Assembly (NCBI RefSeq): GCF_006345805.1
Contig: NC_042997.1
Span: 183,334,001 to 183,398,000, forward strand
Length of the DNA: 64,000 nucleotides
Source: Octopus sinensis
Lineage: Eukaryota
Direction: 5' to 3'
Under the pieces are notes generated by a model. That model was not told the DNA's origin. It saw only the letters and a list, made by a program, of their open reading frames with translations, and searched no databases. Shown one piece after another: positions 1 through 12,328 of the stretch. Position 1 is the stretch's first letter, and each line of letters begins with the position of its first letter. Position numbers and translations under genes: made by a program.

Positions 1-211
1 CCAGGCTCATGGGCCTGGTTTCCCGGTTTCAATGGCGTATGTGTTCCCCAGCTGCACAAGACACCAATCCATCGCAGCATTACTCATTTTTGCCAGCTGA
101 GTGAAATGAAGTGTTTTGCTCAAGAACACAACGCGTCGCCCAGTCCAGGTATCGAAACCACAATCTTACGATCATGATGCTGATACCCTAACCACTAAGC
201 CATGCACCTCC
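1..211 (-). mobile_element. tRNA-derived SINE (head and body, truncated by window)
   Basis: Minus strand reads GGAGGTGCATGGCTTAGTGGTTAGGG (A box) ... GGTTTCGATACC (B box), then a non-tRNA body. Confidence 0.7.
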
Positions 212-660
212 GCATGTTAAAAATATATTGAATACAAATAGGACTACATAAGATATGTATCTCTCATAACTGGAAAAAATAACCAACTCAACATTAACCA
301 TATATAACAAATTTTAACAAATGTGAATTTTTATGCCAGTATTTGTGAATTTACCTGAACTGCATATTTAAACAAGCTTATGGTTTCTATTTACCACAAG
401 TTTACCTTGGCTAGAGCAAATGGTAACATTTTGGTGAATATTTTAAAATATTAATGACTAAAAATGGAAAATGAGTGTAAAATAGCAAAAGAAAAATATA
501 GATATTAATGTCTGGAAATAAATTTGTTTTAAGAACGTATTAGTACTTGGTAGTTATTTTGCCATTTCCACTTCAAAAACTGTAACTACAATTTATTGAG
601 GTTAAAGTGTTGTAATAATACTATATGGACTGTCTTGCAGTAGGAATAAAAGGTAAATAG

Positions 661-969
661 TAAAGATCCCCTTTGGTCATAACCATGGGATTGCACCCAG
701 AAAGTTACCCTTAGAGGCACAAAACTTGGCAAGGTTGTTTATGAAAAACCAGCAGTCATCCATGCATACTAGCCTCCACTCACCATGCCACTAATGTTAT
801 CCAAGGGAAAGGCAAAGACCGATACAGCTTGGCACCAGTGATGTCAGAACTCATTGTGAACTGGACCAAATTGTGTCTTGCTCAAGGACACAACACAGTC
901 CAGTCGAGGAATCAAACTCACTACCTTATGATTGCGAGCCCAACACTCTAATCACTGAGCCATGCACCT
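661..969 (-). mobile_element. tRNA-derived SINE
   Basis: A-box-like TGGCTCAGTGATTAG head on the minus strand and a SINE-type body. Confidence 0.6.
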
Positions 970-1839
970 TCTAAATTAGGAATATCATCCAGATATATAT
1001 AAAAAAAAAAACAATTACTTCTACAAAACAAAAGGAACTAATGAGGAAGCCTTTATGCTGTTGCTCAACCTGCTTGAAATAGAAACCAAATTTCACTCAC
1101 ATCACAAAAGAAAAGCTAATGAAATCAAGACAGTATTGTCATGACTGCAATGCTTGTGGATTATATACCTGCTAAATTTCATTAAATACTCACATTTTAG
1201 AAAAAGTATGTGTGTTTTTTATGTCTGTGTATGTGAGATAGATAGATAGATAGAGATAGAGAGAGAGGGTTTGTATGTTTGCATTCATTTGCATGTCTGT
1301 GTGTCTTTGTTATGAATGTTTTGTCTTTCTAAGTGTTGTATGTATGTATGTCTTCTTTATATGTTTATGCGCAATCTGCTGTTTGTGCATTCTTTACACT
1401 TTGTCATCTAGAAAATTCAAGAACTTTAATGTGTGGACATAATAATGCATTGTGTATACAGTTGACATGGAGATATAGCTATCGAATTCTCATGAATCTT
1501 GTACACCCAGTATGCTTTTTCGTATGCTATTGATCAATTGAGTAAACCTATCTGTAATGTACCTATAATGACTACTGGAAACAGCTGTAATCCAAATCTA
1601 ATCTAATAAAGGAAAAATATGTAATGATCGTTATTTATACCTTGTCTTACATATCACTCTGTGTAAAAGTCAGTATAACTGGAACACAACCATGGATTTA
1701 TAATACAGAATTGTGATGAACCATAACCTTGAACCTGCCACAAGAATACTTGGAGTTCTTCACTAATCTAAACAATATTGTTAGCTTGGTGTGCTAACAG
1801 AGAACTTATGAAGTATTTTGCCTGGACTGATAAACCCTC

Positions 1840-3157
1840 ACACCCTGGGAGCTCCTTTATGCTCATGGCCTTGCTCTAATAGCTGAGTCAATACCAGAAC
1901 TAGAGAAGTTAAAGGTGTGGAAGCAAGGTCTAGAATCAAAGAGACTTTGAGTTAATCTAGCAAAAACCAAAGTTTTAGTAGGAAGGCAGACAAATCACAA
2001 ATCCCCTCAGTAGACGGCTCTGCTTGATCAGTAGAAAAGGCGTAGGTAGAAATTCCTTAAGGTGTATCCGGTGTAAGTTATGGACACATAAGAAGTGCAG
2101 CAATATGAAAGGAAGGTTAACTGGGAAGATAGTTTTTGGGCACAGGGGCAATAAACACTGAAAATGTACAGAAAACAGATTCCATCACATGCCAGGGAAA
2201 AAAACTAGAAGTAATTGATAGTTTCCTTTACCTAGGTGACTAAGTCAGCAGTAGGGGTAGATGCTCTGAGAGCTTAGCTGCTAGAATAAGAATAGGCTGG
2301 GCAAAGTTCAGAGAGCTCCTACCTCTGTTGGTAACAAAGGGCCACTCGTTCAGAGTGAAAGGTAGACTGTATGATGCCTGTGTGCGAACAGCCATGCTAC
2401 ATGGCAGTGAAACATGGGCTGTGACTGCTGAGGACATGTGTAGACTTGAAAGAAACGAAGCTAATATGCTCCATTGGATGTGTAATGTCAGTGTGCATAC
2501 ACGGCAGTTTGTAAGCACCCTGAGAGAAAAGTTGCACATAAGAAACATCAGATGTGGTGTGCAAGAGAGACCACTGTACTGGTATGATTATATAATGCGT
2601 ATGAATGAGGACAGCTGTGTGAAGAAGTGTCACACACTAACAGTGGAAGGAACCTGTGGAAGAGGTAGACATGGGATGAGGTTAACGTTGGGCCTCACAG
2701 AGGCAATGACAAGCGACTGAACTCTTTGGAGATATGCCGAGCTTGAGATCTGGCAAGCCAAGTGAGATTGTAGTCATGGCTGATAACAATGTCACATAGC
2801 TGACCTGTTTAAAAGCATCCTTCAATCCCTGAATGATATGGTGTGCTTGTGAAGGCCTGTTGAACCAAGTGAAATCATAGTCATGGCCGATGCCTGTGCT
2901 GCCTGACTGGCCCCCATGCTGGTGGCACATAAAAAGCACCATCCGAGCATGGTCAATGCCAGCGCCGTCTGACTGGCCCCGTGCTGGTGGCACCTAAAAA
3001 GCACCCACTACACTCTCAGAGTGGTTGGCATTAGGAAGGGCATCCAGCTGTAGAAACCTTGTCAAATTAGATTGCAGCCTGGTGCAGCCTCCAGTCAAAC
3101 CATCAGACCTGTGCTAGCATGGAAAGTGGACGTTAAACAATGATGAGGATGATGATA
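1840..3157 (+). mobile_element. RTE-clade LINE, 5'-truncated, degenerate RT plus 3' UTR
   Basis: PWELLYA.., KGRLYDACVRTAMLHGSETW; ends in CATGGAAAGTGGACGTTAAAC(GAT)n-type tail. Confidence 0.88.
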
Positions 3158-3728
3158 GTACACATACACTCTGATTGTATTTATGTGTGACAGAGTGCTA
3201 GTGTATTGAGAAAAAAAGTTAGGCATAAGAAGAATTAGATGTAATGTGCAAAAGAGAAATCTGTGCTGGTTTGGTCATGTGATGCATATGGATGTAGATA
3301 ATTGCAGACGAATGGATGGAACTTGTGGAAGAGGGAGACCCAGGAAGACATAGGATGAAATATTGAAGGCTGATCTCAAGACACTAAGCCTTATGAAGGA
3401 GATGACAAAGGACTGAGATATCTGGTGCCTTGCTGTGCTCAAGAAGACCCATCCATTACAGCGGAATTGATACCGGCACTGACACCACATAAAAAGTACT
3501 GGTGTTGATTCCACGTTAAAAGTACTGCTGCTGGTACCACATAAAAAAGCACCCAGTACACTGTGTAAAGTGCTTTACACAACAAATTCTGATATAATTG
3601 TAATCTACACCGTCTGAGACATATATGTAGAAAAGTTTATTCACAAATTATCCATGTTTCAGAAAGTTACCACAGACACATACACACACACATATATATA
3701 TATACATATCTGTCTATATATCTATCTA

Positions 3729-3768
<40 letters not shown>

Positions 3769-4199
3769 TCTATCTATCAACACACTCACAAATATATACA
3801 TGATATGTTATGTATCTATATGCATATCATCATCATCATTTAACGTTTTCCATGCCGGCATGGGTTGGATGGTTTGACAGAAGCCAACATGCCAGGGGCT
3901 ACGTCAGGCACCTGTCTGGTTTGGCATAAGAGACATATTTATATTTTTATGATTCTATAGACCTTGGTGCAAATTGACTGGGAACCTGGGGCCCATCAAA
4001 ATTGTTCCCAATTGGACCCCGTACCTCCTAAGGCCAGCCCTGCCCTGAGGTATACCACTTATTACAGGTGACTTTGCAGAGAGAAAACCATTTGCAGTCA
4101 CAGATTGCTTCCTACCCCATAACATGATTTTCTCACATCACACACATCTAAAATTGTAGAATGCCTTGTCTAAAAAAGAATAATTACATATCTTGAGGA

Positions 4200-4380
4200 A
4201 CACAACCTCTTAGAAGATATGCAGCATGGTTTTCAGGCTTGACAATGTTGCTTGAACAACTATTAGAGCACCATAACACTATCTTCAATAATTTCCTGAG
4301 AGAAATGGACATTGACTGTATATCTCTTTATTTTGCTAAAACATTTAACAAGGTTGATCATGGTATCATCTGTCATAGGA
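4200..4380 (+). mobile_element. Degenerate CR1/L2-type RT fragment
   Basis: Eroded QHGF and D.I.L.FAK.F.KVDHG motifs. Confidence 0.5.
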
Positions 4381-4796
4381 GAAGGGTATTTTAATTCACT
4401 TTCTCTGAACATCAGCCAAACTGGGCATTAAATCAAATGGATTATTAGTGTTATTTTGAGAATTTCATGATTAACATCATTTTTTTTGTTTTGATGACAT
4501 GTAATAAAGAGCTTTTGGCCTTGCCCACAATATATTTGGTGTAAAATCAAATGGCAGTTTTATGATCTATTGAAATAAGACTTCTTTTTATTTTTCATTT
4601 GATTACAATTAATAAAATAATTTAGTTTCATGAATTGTTTCAATAATCATAGAAGTACATTAGTCAAAAAATTATTAGATGACAAATAAAAGTAGAGGAG
4701 GAATTGAAGAAACCTGGGATCACAAGGAGAGGAATATGATCTGGGACTCTGAGAATCATTGATCTAGCACATGATAGCATAGAAAATTTAACGAAT

Positions 4797-5185
4797 GCAG
4801 GTGTGGGTGTGTGGTTAAGAAGCTCATTTCCTGGTCATGTGGTCTTGAGTTCAGTCCTACTGCACAGCACCTAGGGCATGACCAAAGCCTTGTGAGTAGA
4901 TTTGCTAAATGGAAACTGAAAGAAGCCCATATGTGTGTCCATGTGCACCCTGATCTTGATGTCATGTGGTGGTTGTAAATGGAAACAAACACCCTCACTT
5001 GAGGTACTCACCTCATACAAGTGAGGCTGTTTGTTTCCAGTCTTCCATGAAAACCGTCCAGATTTGGGAAAATATTACCTTACTTGGAAACAAGTGAAGA
5101 TTGGTGAGCAGAAGAGCATCCAGTTGTAGAGAATCTATCTCAACAAATTCATCTGACCCATGCAAGCATGGAAATCGAATGCTAA
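4797..5185 (+). mobile_element. tRNA-derived SINE with RTE-type 3' tail
   Basis: GTGTGGTTAAG...GAGTTCAGTCC head; AAAGCCTTGTGAGT core; CATGCAAGCATGGAAA...(GAT)n tail. Confidence 0.75.
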
Positions 5186-5269
5186 ATGATGATGATGATG
5201 AGGCTGTGCACCAGCATAGCTGCAGTCTAATGACCGAAACAAGTAAAAGACAAAAGATATATATATATA

Positions 5270-5399
5270 GGGAGGGTTAAACGTCACGCACCAAGATTAA
5301 AACTCATTTAATATATCTTGCACATAATGATAATAATAATAATAACGTAATATAAATAAAATGCCAAATGTTTTTGTGCGTGACTTTTGGCCCACCCTC
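5270..5399. mobile_element. Tc1/mariner-like MITE
   Basis: Imperfect TIRs (GGGAGGGTTAAACGTCACGCAC / GTGCGTGACTTTTGGCCCACCCTC) flanked by TA; a related end occurs at 38341-38361. Confidence 0.6.
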
Positions 5400-5405
5400 T
5401 ATGTT

Positions 5406-5441
<36 letters not shown>

Positions 5442-5569
5442 GTGGTTCGGCAAAAGAGACCGATAGAATAAGTACTAGGCTTACAAAGAATTAGTCCTGG
5501 GATCGATTTGCTCGACTAAAGGCGGCGCTCCAGCATGGCCACAGTCACATGACTGCAACAAAAGAGTAT

Positions 5570-6560
<991 letters not shown>

Positions 6561-7036
6561 ACACTCATGTATGTGTAAATATTAAATAACTTTCATATGA
6601 TCGTTTTAAAGAATGTGCGAAAAAAAAAAAGTATAAGTTTTCATAGCTAAATTTGTTTATTTAGAATCCACTCCATCCATCCATCCCCCACCTTCGTGCG
6701 AATTTAGACGAACTTTATATATTTGCACTTTAAGAGCTCTATTACTTTGTTTCCTTTTGTTACACGTCAGAGCTCGTCTCTTTTAAATGGTCGGTCCTCG
6801 GCTGTTAGTTTCAACAGAGTTATGCCCCTTCTTGAAATAATTTACCCTACCTTTCACTTCCATTACTAAACAATCAAACAAAATGGCGCAATAGTTCCAG
6901 ACTAGAGCTTTTCAGCATCTGCTTTTATTTTTGCCTAGCTCGTATATTTATAGACATTTGTATTAGTTTTTGTTCCACCAAATCCCAGCTACAGATAGCT
7001 ACATCAACAACATATATAGGTGCGGGGTTTCCTGCC

Positions 7037-7923
7037 ATGCCAAAGAAGAAAAAGAAAATGAGTTACGAAAGACGTCGAAGACAAGACAGAAGTCGCAAGA
7101 GATTATTTCGTGGTTCACAGTCTGATTTATCTCCAATGAACGGTAATCATGGTAATTATGTTTCAAAAGCTTATGCTATTAATGAATTTAATTTTGAGGA
7201 TTTGGATCGAATGATTATGTTTATTACGGAATCGAAACAAATTCAGGGTCGCTACTACGTTCGTTATCTTCCAGGCATGCTTAATTCCGCTGGAGAATTG
7301 ACTCCATGTAATTATAGACCCGTTTTCAGCTTTACTTCTACTGCTGCTTCATCTGATTATAACTTTATCCAAAATAATGATTACAGCGATGGTTCCCCTG
7401 AAGTTGTTGACCTAACTGACAGCGACGGTGTTTCGTCGGAAAACAGCAATCCTGCATCGCCAACTTCACCTTCAACTGTTGACGAAACTCAGAGAAACAT
7501 ATTGAAGTTGAAGGTTCAGAAAATGGTGAACCCGGTGAAAAAAAAGATTCGAAAAGTGAAACACCGGGAGCAGAAAAAGCGAACGTATCTAAATCGATAC
7601 CAGGGTTTTTATCAACGATAAACAGGAAACAAACCGCACGGAAAAGTATGCGGCAACAAACTGAATCTTTGTCTTGCGGAACTGAAAACAGTGCATCTCC
7701 GGCGATGGACATGGAAACGGAAAGTTCGTCCGTTTCTGCTTCTAATTCCGATTCAGTAAATACCAATAATAATATTCGAAGTAAAAGTACCAGTAGTTCT
7801 ATCAACAAAAATAACCTTGTAGCTAACTCCTCGCTAACTAGCAACTGTAAGACTAAGCTACCATCTGATAAGTGGGACATTTTGGATGGAATAACAGTGA
7901 CTATGAATCCGGATTTTCGATGA
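7037..7923 (+). CDS. Intronless ORF, ~295 aa if one frameshift near 7483-7546 is repaired; unknown nuclear-type low-complexity protein (NLS, SIM, H3-tail mimic)
   Basis: gccATG start; frame 2 open 7037-7621; frame 1 open 7483-7923. The acidic/Ser-rich composition before ~7485 continues in frame 1 (SEKHIEVEGSENGEPGEKKDSKSE...), not frame 2. No repeats inside; CpG-rich. No family recognised. Confidence 0.6.
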
Positions 7924-10900
7924 CCTAACGTTGTTCCCTCTTGTACAAAGAAAGAAAAAAAAAAAGATACAAAACAAAACAAAAAAAAAGACAAAAAAAA
8001 AATTTAATCATGTAAACTTTTACCAATTCGTAGCATATACATTAATTTCATGAATTCATTCATTCAAAGCGAATTTCTCGTTTCTACTCATGAATTTTCC
8101 AACATGGCTGCCTGATTGATAATTGATTACAGGTATCTATTGAATGGATTAGTCACTTTAACTGGAAATTAGTGAGTGTGCAAATTATATTCTAGTTTTG
8201 TTCGGCCAAATTTTTTGGTATCTATTGCTACATTAGGACTCCTGCACTGATGTCACGTGTTTCAGCAGCCATATTGAGACGATTTTAGCTGGCTGAACTA
8301 ATTTAGTCACAGGCACTGCTGCATTTAAAGTTCCGATTTTCATCTGATAATGTGTTCATTTTTATCCTCCTTCTCTATAAATATTGAAACAAAACAAAAC
8401 AAAAAAAAAACAAACAAACATTTTTTTTTTTTTCGAGAAATATCCTCAACATATATATATTTTATTTTCTATTGTAAAGAAAATGGGAAATGTTCCGAAG
8501 ATGAACCTAAATAATCTACATTTTTTGGACAGGATACTCTGAGTCGGCTAAACTTAAATGACAAAAGAAAAAAAAATTTATTCGAGAAAGGCGGGTTTAC
8601 TATGTTTATACATATGTATGTGTTTCATATATATTTATAGATATATAAAAACCTGTTGATGTTCCTTCAGCTTGTGTTCAAAACAAAAATGCTGTGTGTC
8701 TATTTACGTCTCACTTAGCTTTAATATTTCTTCTTTTTTCCTATTTGCTCCCCCCCTCTTCTCCCTCCCTTTCTCGTTTTAAAAGGTAATATTTAATTAA
8801 TCATTATTTAATACTTGGAAACCTTTACTCTAAGACTGTAAACCTTCTTGTGGTTATTGCTTTCACTTACTTTTAAGATCTGACTGATACTTTCAACAAA
8901 CAAACAATTTGAAAGGAAACAATTTTTTTATATATGAAAAATACATGTAGAAAAAGCAAGCCACTCAATTTCATAAAAGGTTCATAATCATATGACTGCC
9001 ATGCTGACTTGATTTATATTTTATTCAGTACCTTAAAATGTATATCATCTTGATAAACTTTTTTTGTCTCCCTTCTTTATAAAACTTCATTTTTTCTCTT
9101 CATTTCAAGTTAAAAAATAAATCTTAGTTGTGAGAATGTTGACCTTTTTGTACCTTTATTTAAAAAAAAAAATTAACGATTGAAAAATATTTTTAAAATG
9201 TGCTCTCAAGACTTCAATATTTACATACACAGACACACACAAAAAAATTACTGTTGGTGTTGTTTTAGTTGTAGAAAAACGTTTGAATAAGTATTTTGAG
9301 GAGATATTTACATTTGCAGAAAAATGAATGGCTAGTCGTATGTGCTTGACATAAGTGTTTATGGATTATATATACAGCATTAGATATATAGAACATTGAA
9401 GTTTTAAGTAAGTCGTATTTATGAATCATATCATAACGTCTTCTGGTGATATTATTTAATATACAAAATGGTTTAAAAGCAAGTGTTTATAATTTAAACT
9501 AAACTATTTTTAAAATACTGCTCCCAGATCTGGATTCATTGTTCTTTGTTTACATATTTTGGCTTTCATCAAATAGCTGTTATACGATCTTGTTTTATAT
9601 ATGCAATAGTTTATTTGTAACATTTTGACATATTTGTTCTGGAGAGTACAATACTTTGATTTCCAAATATATAGGATAGATACATTATTTAATGTTCGTT
9701 TGCATAGGAAGTGGGTTTTTTTTAAGGTTTTCACGATAACATTTTTTGATTCAATTTTTAAAAAATATTTGACAACAGTTGTGTTGGGAGTTGTGGATAT
9801 TAATTAATGGAATTGCCCGTGAACGAATTAAAATTTCTATTTTGTTGCAAATTAATTGCATTCAAGAAAGTTGTTGACGTTGCTTGGCGTATCAGAGATT
9901 TTTTCTTTCTAATAGCTTAACCACCGACATTGGTCTTTGTATTATATACAATCTGAATAAGTCTCTCTCTTTGCTCTAATTTTTTTCTTTTTCTTACAAA
10001 TTAAGGTTATATTTGTTGCATTTAAGTTGTTTTGCCATTAAAAACTGACTCGCTGATTTATAGCTAAACTAATAATTTTAATTGTTGGAGTGTCCCCGGT
10101 CAATTCTATTGTCAGCATGGAGGCTGCTGATTAAATAATCATTATTTTTTCAAGTCGTGGCTATCCCGTCTTGCGAAAGGAAGAACACTGCAATTGGGAC
10201 GTTCTTATTTAGCAACTATCGCAATAGCAACCGATCTGTTTCCCATTTATATCATTGTATACACTATTATTTTTTGTGCAGAAGCTTACTTATTGACAAC
10301 AACCTAGTTTCTTCAAGAAATCATGCTAATTTCATTGTATCGTTTTATTATATTCAAAAGAAAAAAATTATTACTTCGTCCTATGAAGAAAGGCATTGTT
10401 CATTATCGCCTGTACTGAAACGGGTTGGGCTGTCTGGACAAATTGAGTGCATTTAATTCTTCGACTGAGTTGAGTGTGGGAGGGCGGTGTGGCTACGGGA
10501 AAGATACTTGTTTGAGTAGGAGGAGGCGTATAAAATGCATGTTCAGTGGCAGTTGTAGGAAAAGCAGTAACGGTTTATAGTGGGAGGACAGCTCAACAAC
10601 TGGCTGGTGATAGCTTATTAGTTTCATATTGGCCCTGATCGAGCACACCTATGAGCTCTTTCAGTCGTGATCAGTGTGTCCTTTTTTTTTTTCCATCCAG
10701 GATCGCGTTATTTTAATGTGTTTCATGTGCTTTGTGGGCGGTATGGTAGCATTCAATGGAAATTTGTGGCTGTTCTTTCTAGCCGGTCGGCCGATCGTTG
10801 CCATGTCAAGTTTTTTTTTTTCTCCTTTGTCGTATTTCATTGACAGGTTGTTGGTAAAGTAATTCCAGTCGTGGAAACAATATTCGGTGTTGTATATTTT

Positions 10901-11696
10901 TAGTTCAGGAATGACGGAGATATTGGCTTTTGAACAGAGATCACTCGAAATACGTCCAAGCGATTTTGAGTGTAGTTAATAAAGCTAATTGTTTATTTTA
11001 TCATGACATAACAAGAAAGCTTAGCGCTTATGTCCGATTTGCGGGATCTTTTGCCTCTGGTAAACCAAAACACTGATGCAGTTACATTGCCAAATATATT
11101 TAAGGATTTTTACAGTTGCCCGCTAAGTTAGGTCTAGTAGTGTTGTAATAGTTAATCAGTTGTTATTACTTCTATTTAACTTGGATATGTTTGTGATTGT
11201 TTTGGAGTTTTGTCAGTTAGGTTTATTGAAATTTTAGATTGTCAATGGAAAAAAAAAAAAGAATTAAATATTAGATTAAAATAAATGTAAGCAGAAGAAA
11301 CCGTAGCTAATCGAGCTTCGATAGTAGAACCAAAACAGTAGCAGCTAGTGTGATAGTGGCCGAAGAATGCGTTTAACCAATTCTTTCAAGCCTACATAAT
11401 ATCTTTCTAAATATTAGCCGTCGTAGTTTGCGATAAGCAGTTGCTATTATTTACTTTATGAATTTAACATTGCAAAAACACGACAGATGCTTAACACTAT
11501 AGTGTTAAAATTTATATTATAAATACTTATACTAATGAGAAGTACTTTGTGTCAAAAACAGCAGAATTTTTCCTGATGAAATGTGTGTGTATGTATTTAT
11601 GTGTGCGTGTATATATATATATGCGTGCGTGTATATATATGTATATAATGTGCGTGTATAAATATGTATATAATGTCTGTTTATATATGTATATCA

Positions 11697-11804
11697 CGTG
11701 ACCGATCAGACCATCAGATGTTGCTACACATCGCTGGTCACAATGCGCTTCGCATTGTTTTAGCCTTCGCATGACGCCACCCCGCTGGCTAAGCGAGCAG
11801 GCCA
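11697..11804. repeat. GC-richer ~108-bp module embedded in TA/TG microsatellite (probable dispersed repeat)
   Basis: Abrupt composition change inside simple repeats; family not identified. Confidence 0.45.
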
Positions 11805-12126
11805 TATATGTATATAATGTCTGTTTATATATGTATATAATGTCTGTATATAATGTATGTATATAATGTCTGTGTGTATATATGTGTAATAATGTCTGTA
11901 TATATGTGTAATAATGTCTGTATATATATATATGTGTAATGTCTGTATATATATGTTTGAATAAATATATATATATATATGTATATAATGTGTATATGTA
12001 TATAAATGGAGATTATTGGTTGTAAAGGGTCTTCTGAAATAAGTTAATTCTAAGTGCTAAGTACAGCACATGTACATTCATTGCTGATGAAGTCATAATT
12101 TTGTAAAGTTAAATTAGATTTTTGAA

Positions 12127-12328
12127 CCCTTTAGCAGTTAGATTACTTTGTCAAATGTAATGCTTATTTATTCACATTGTTTTGCATTAATCATGCAATT
12201 TTGTAGCTTTAGGATTTCAATGATGCGATTGTTTTCAGAATGACATTGCAGAGCAGATGTAAGAGACCAGATCTGGTCAAAAAGGTAGAATATTTGGGTT
12301 GGATGTGGCGGGGTTAAATGCTAAAGGG
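12127..12328. mobile_element. piggyBac-like MITE (second family)
   Basis: CCCTTTAGCA...TGCTAAAGGG TIRs; TTAA on the right, TGAA on the left. Confidence 0.65.

Noticed and set aside
7365-7994. 209-aa minus-strand ORF
   Set aside because: Antisense shadow of the plus-strand frame-1 coding sequence; its start lies in the A-rich tract.
11367-11440. Possible TCAIM targeting-peptide start (MRLTNSFKPT / LHNIFLNISRRSLR)
   Set aside because: Stops after 10 codons, would need a frameshift, and has no clear donor.
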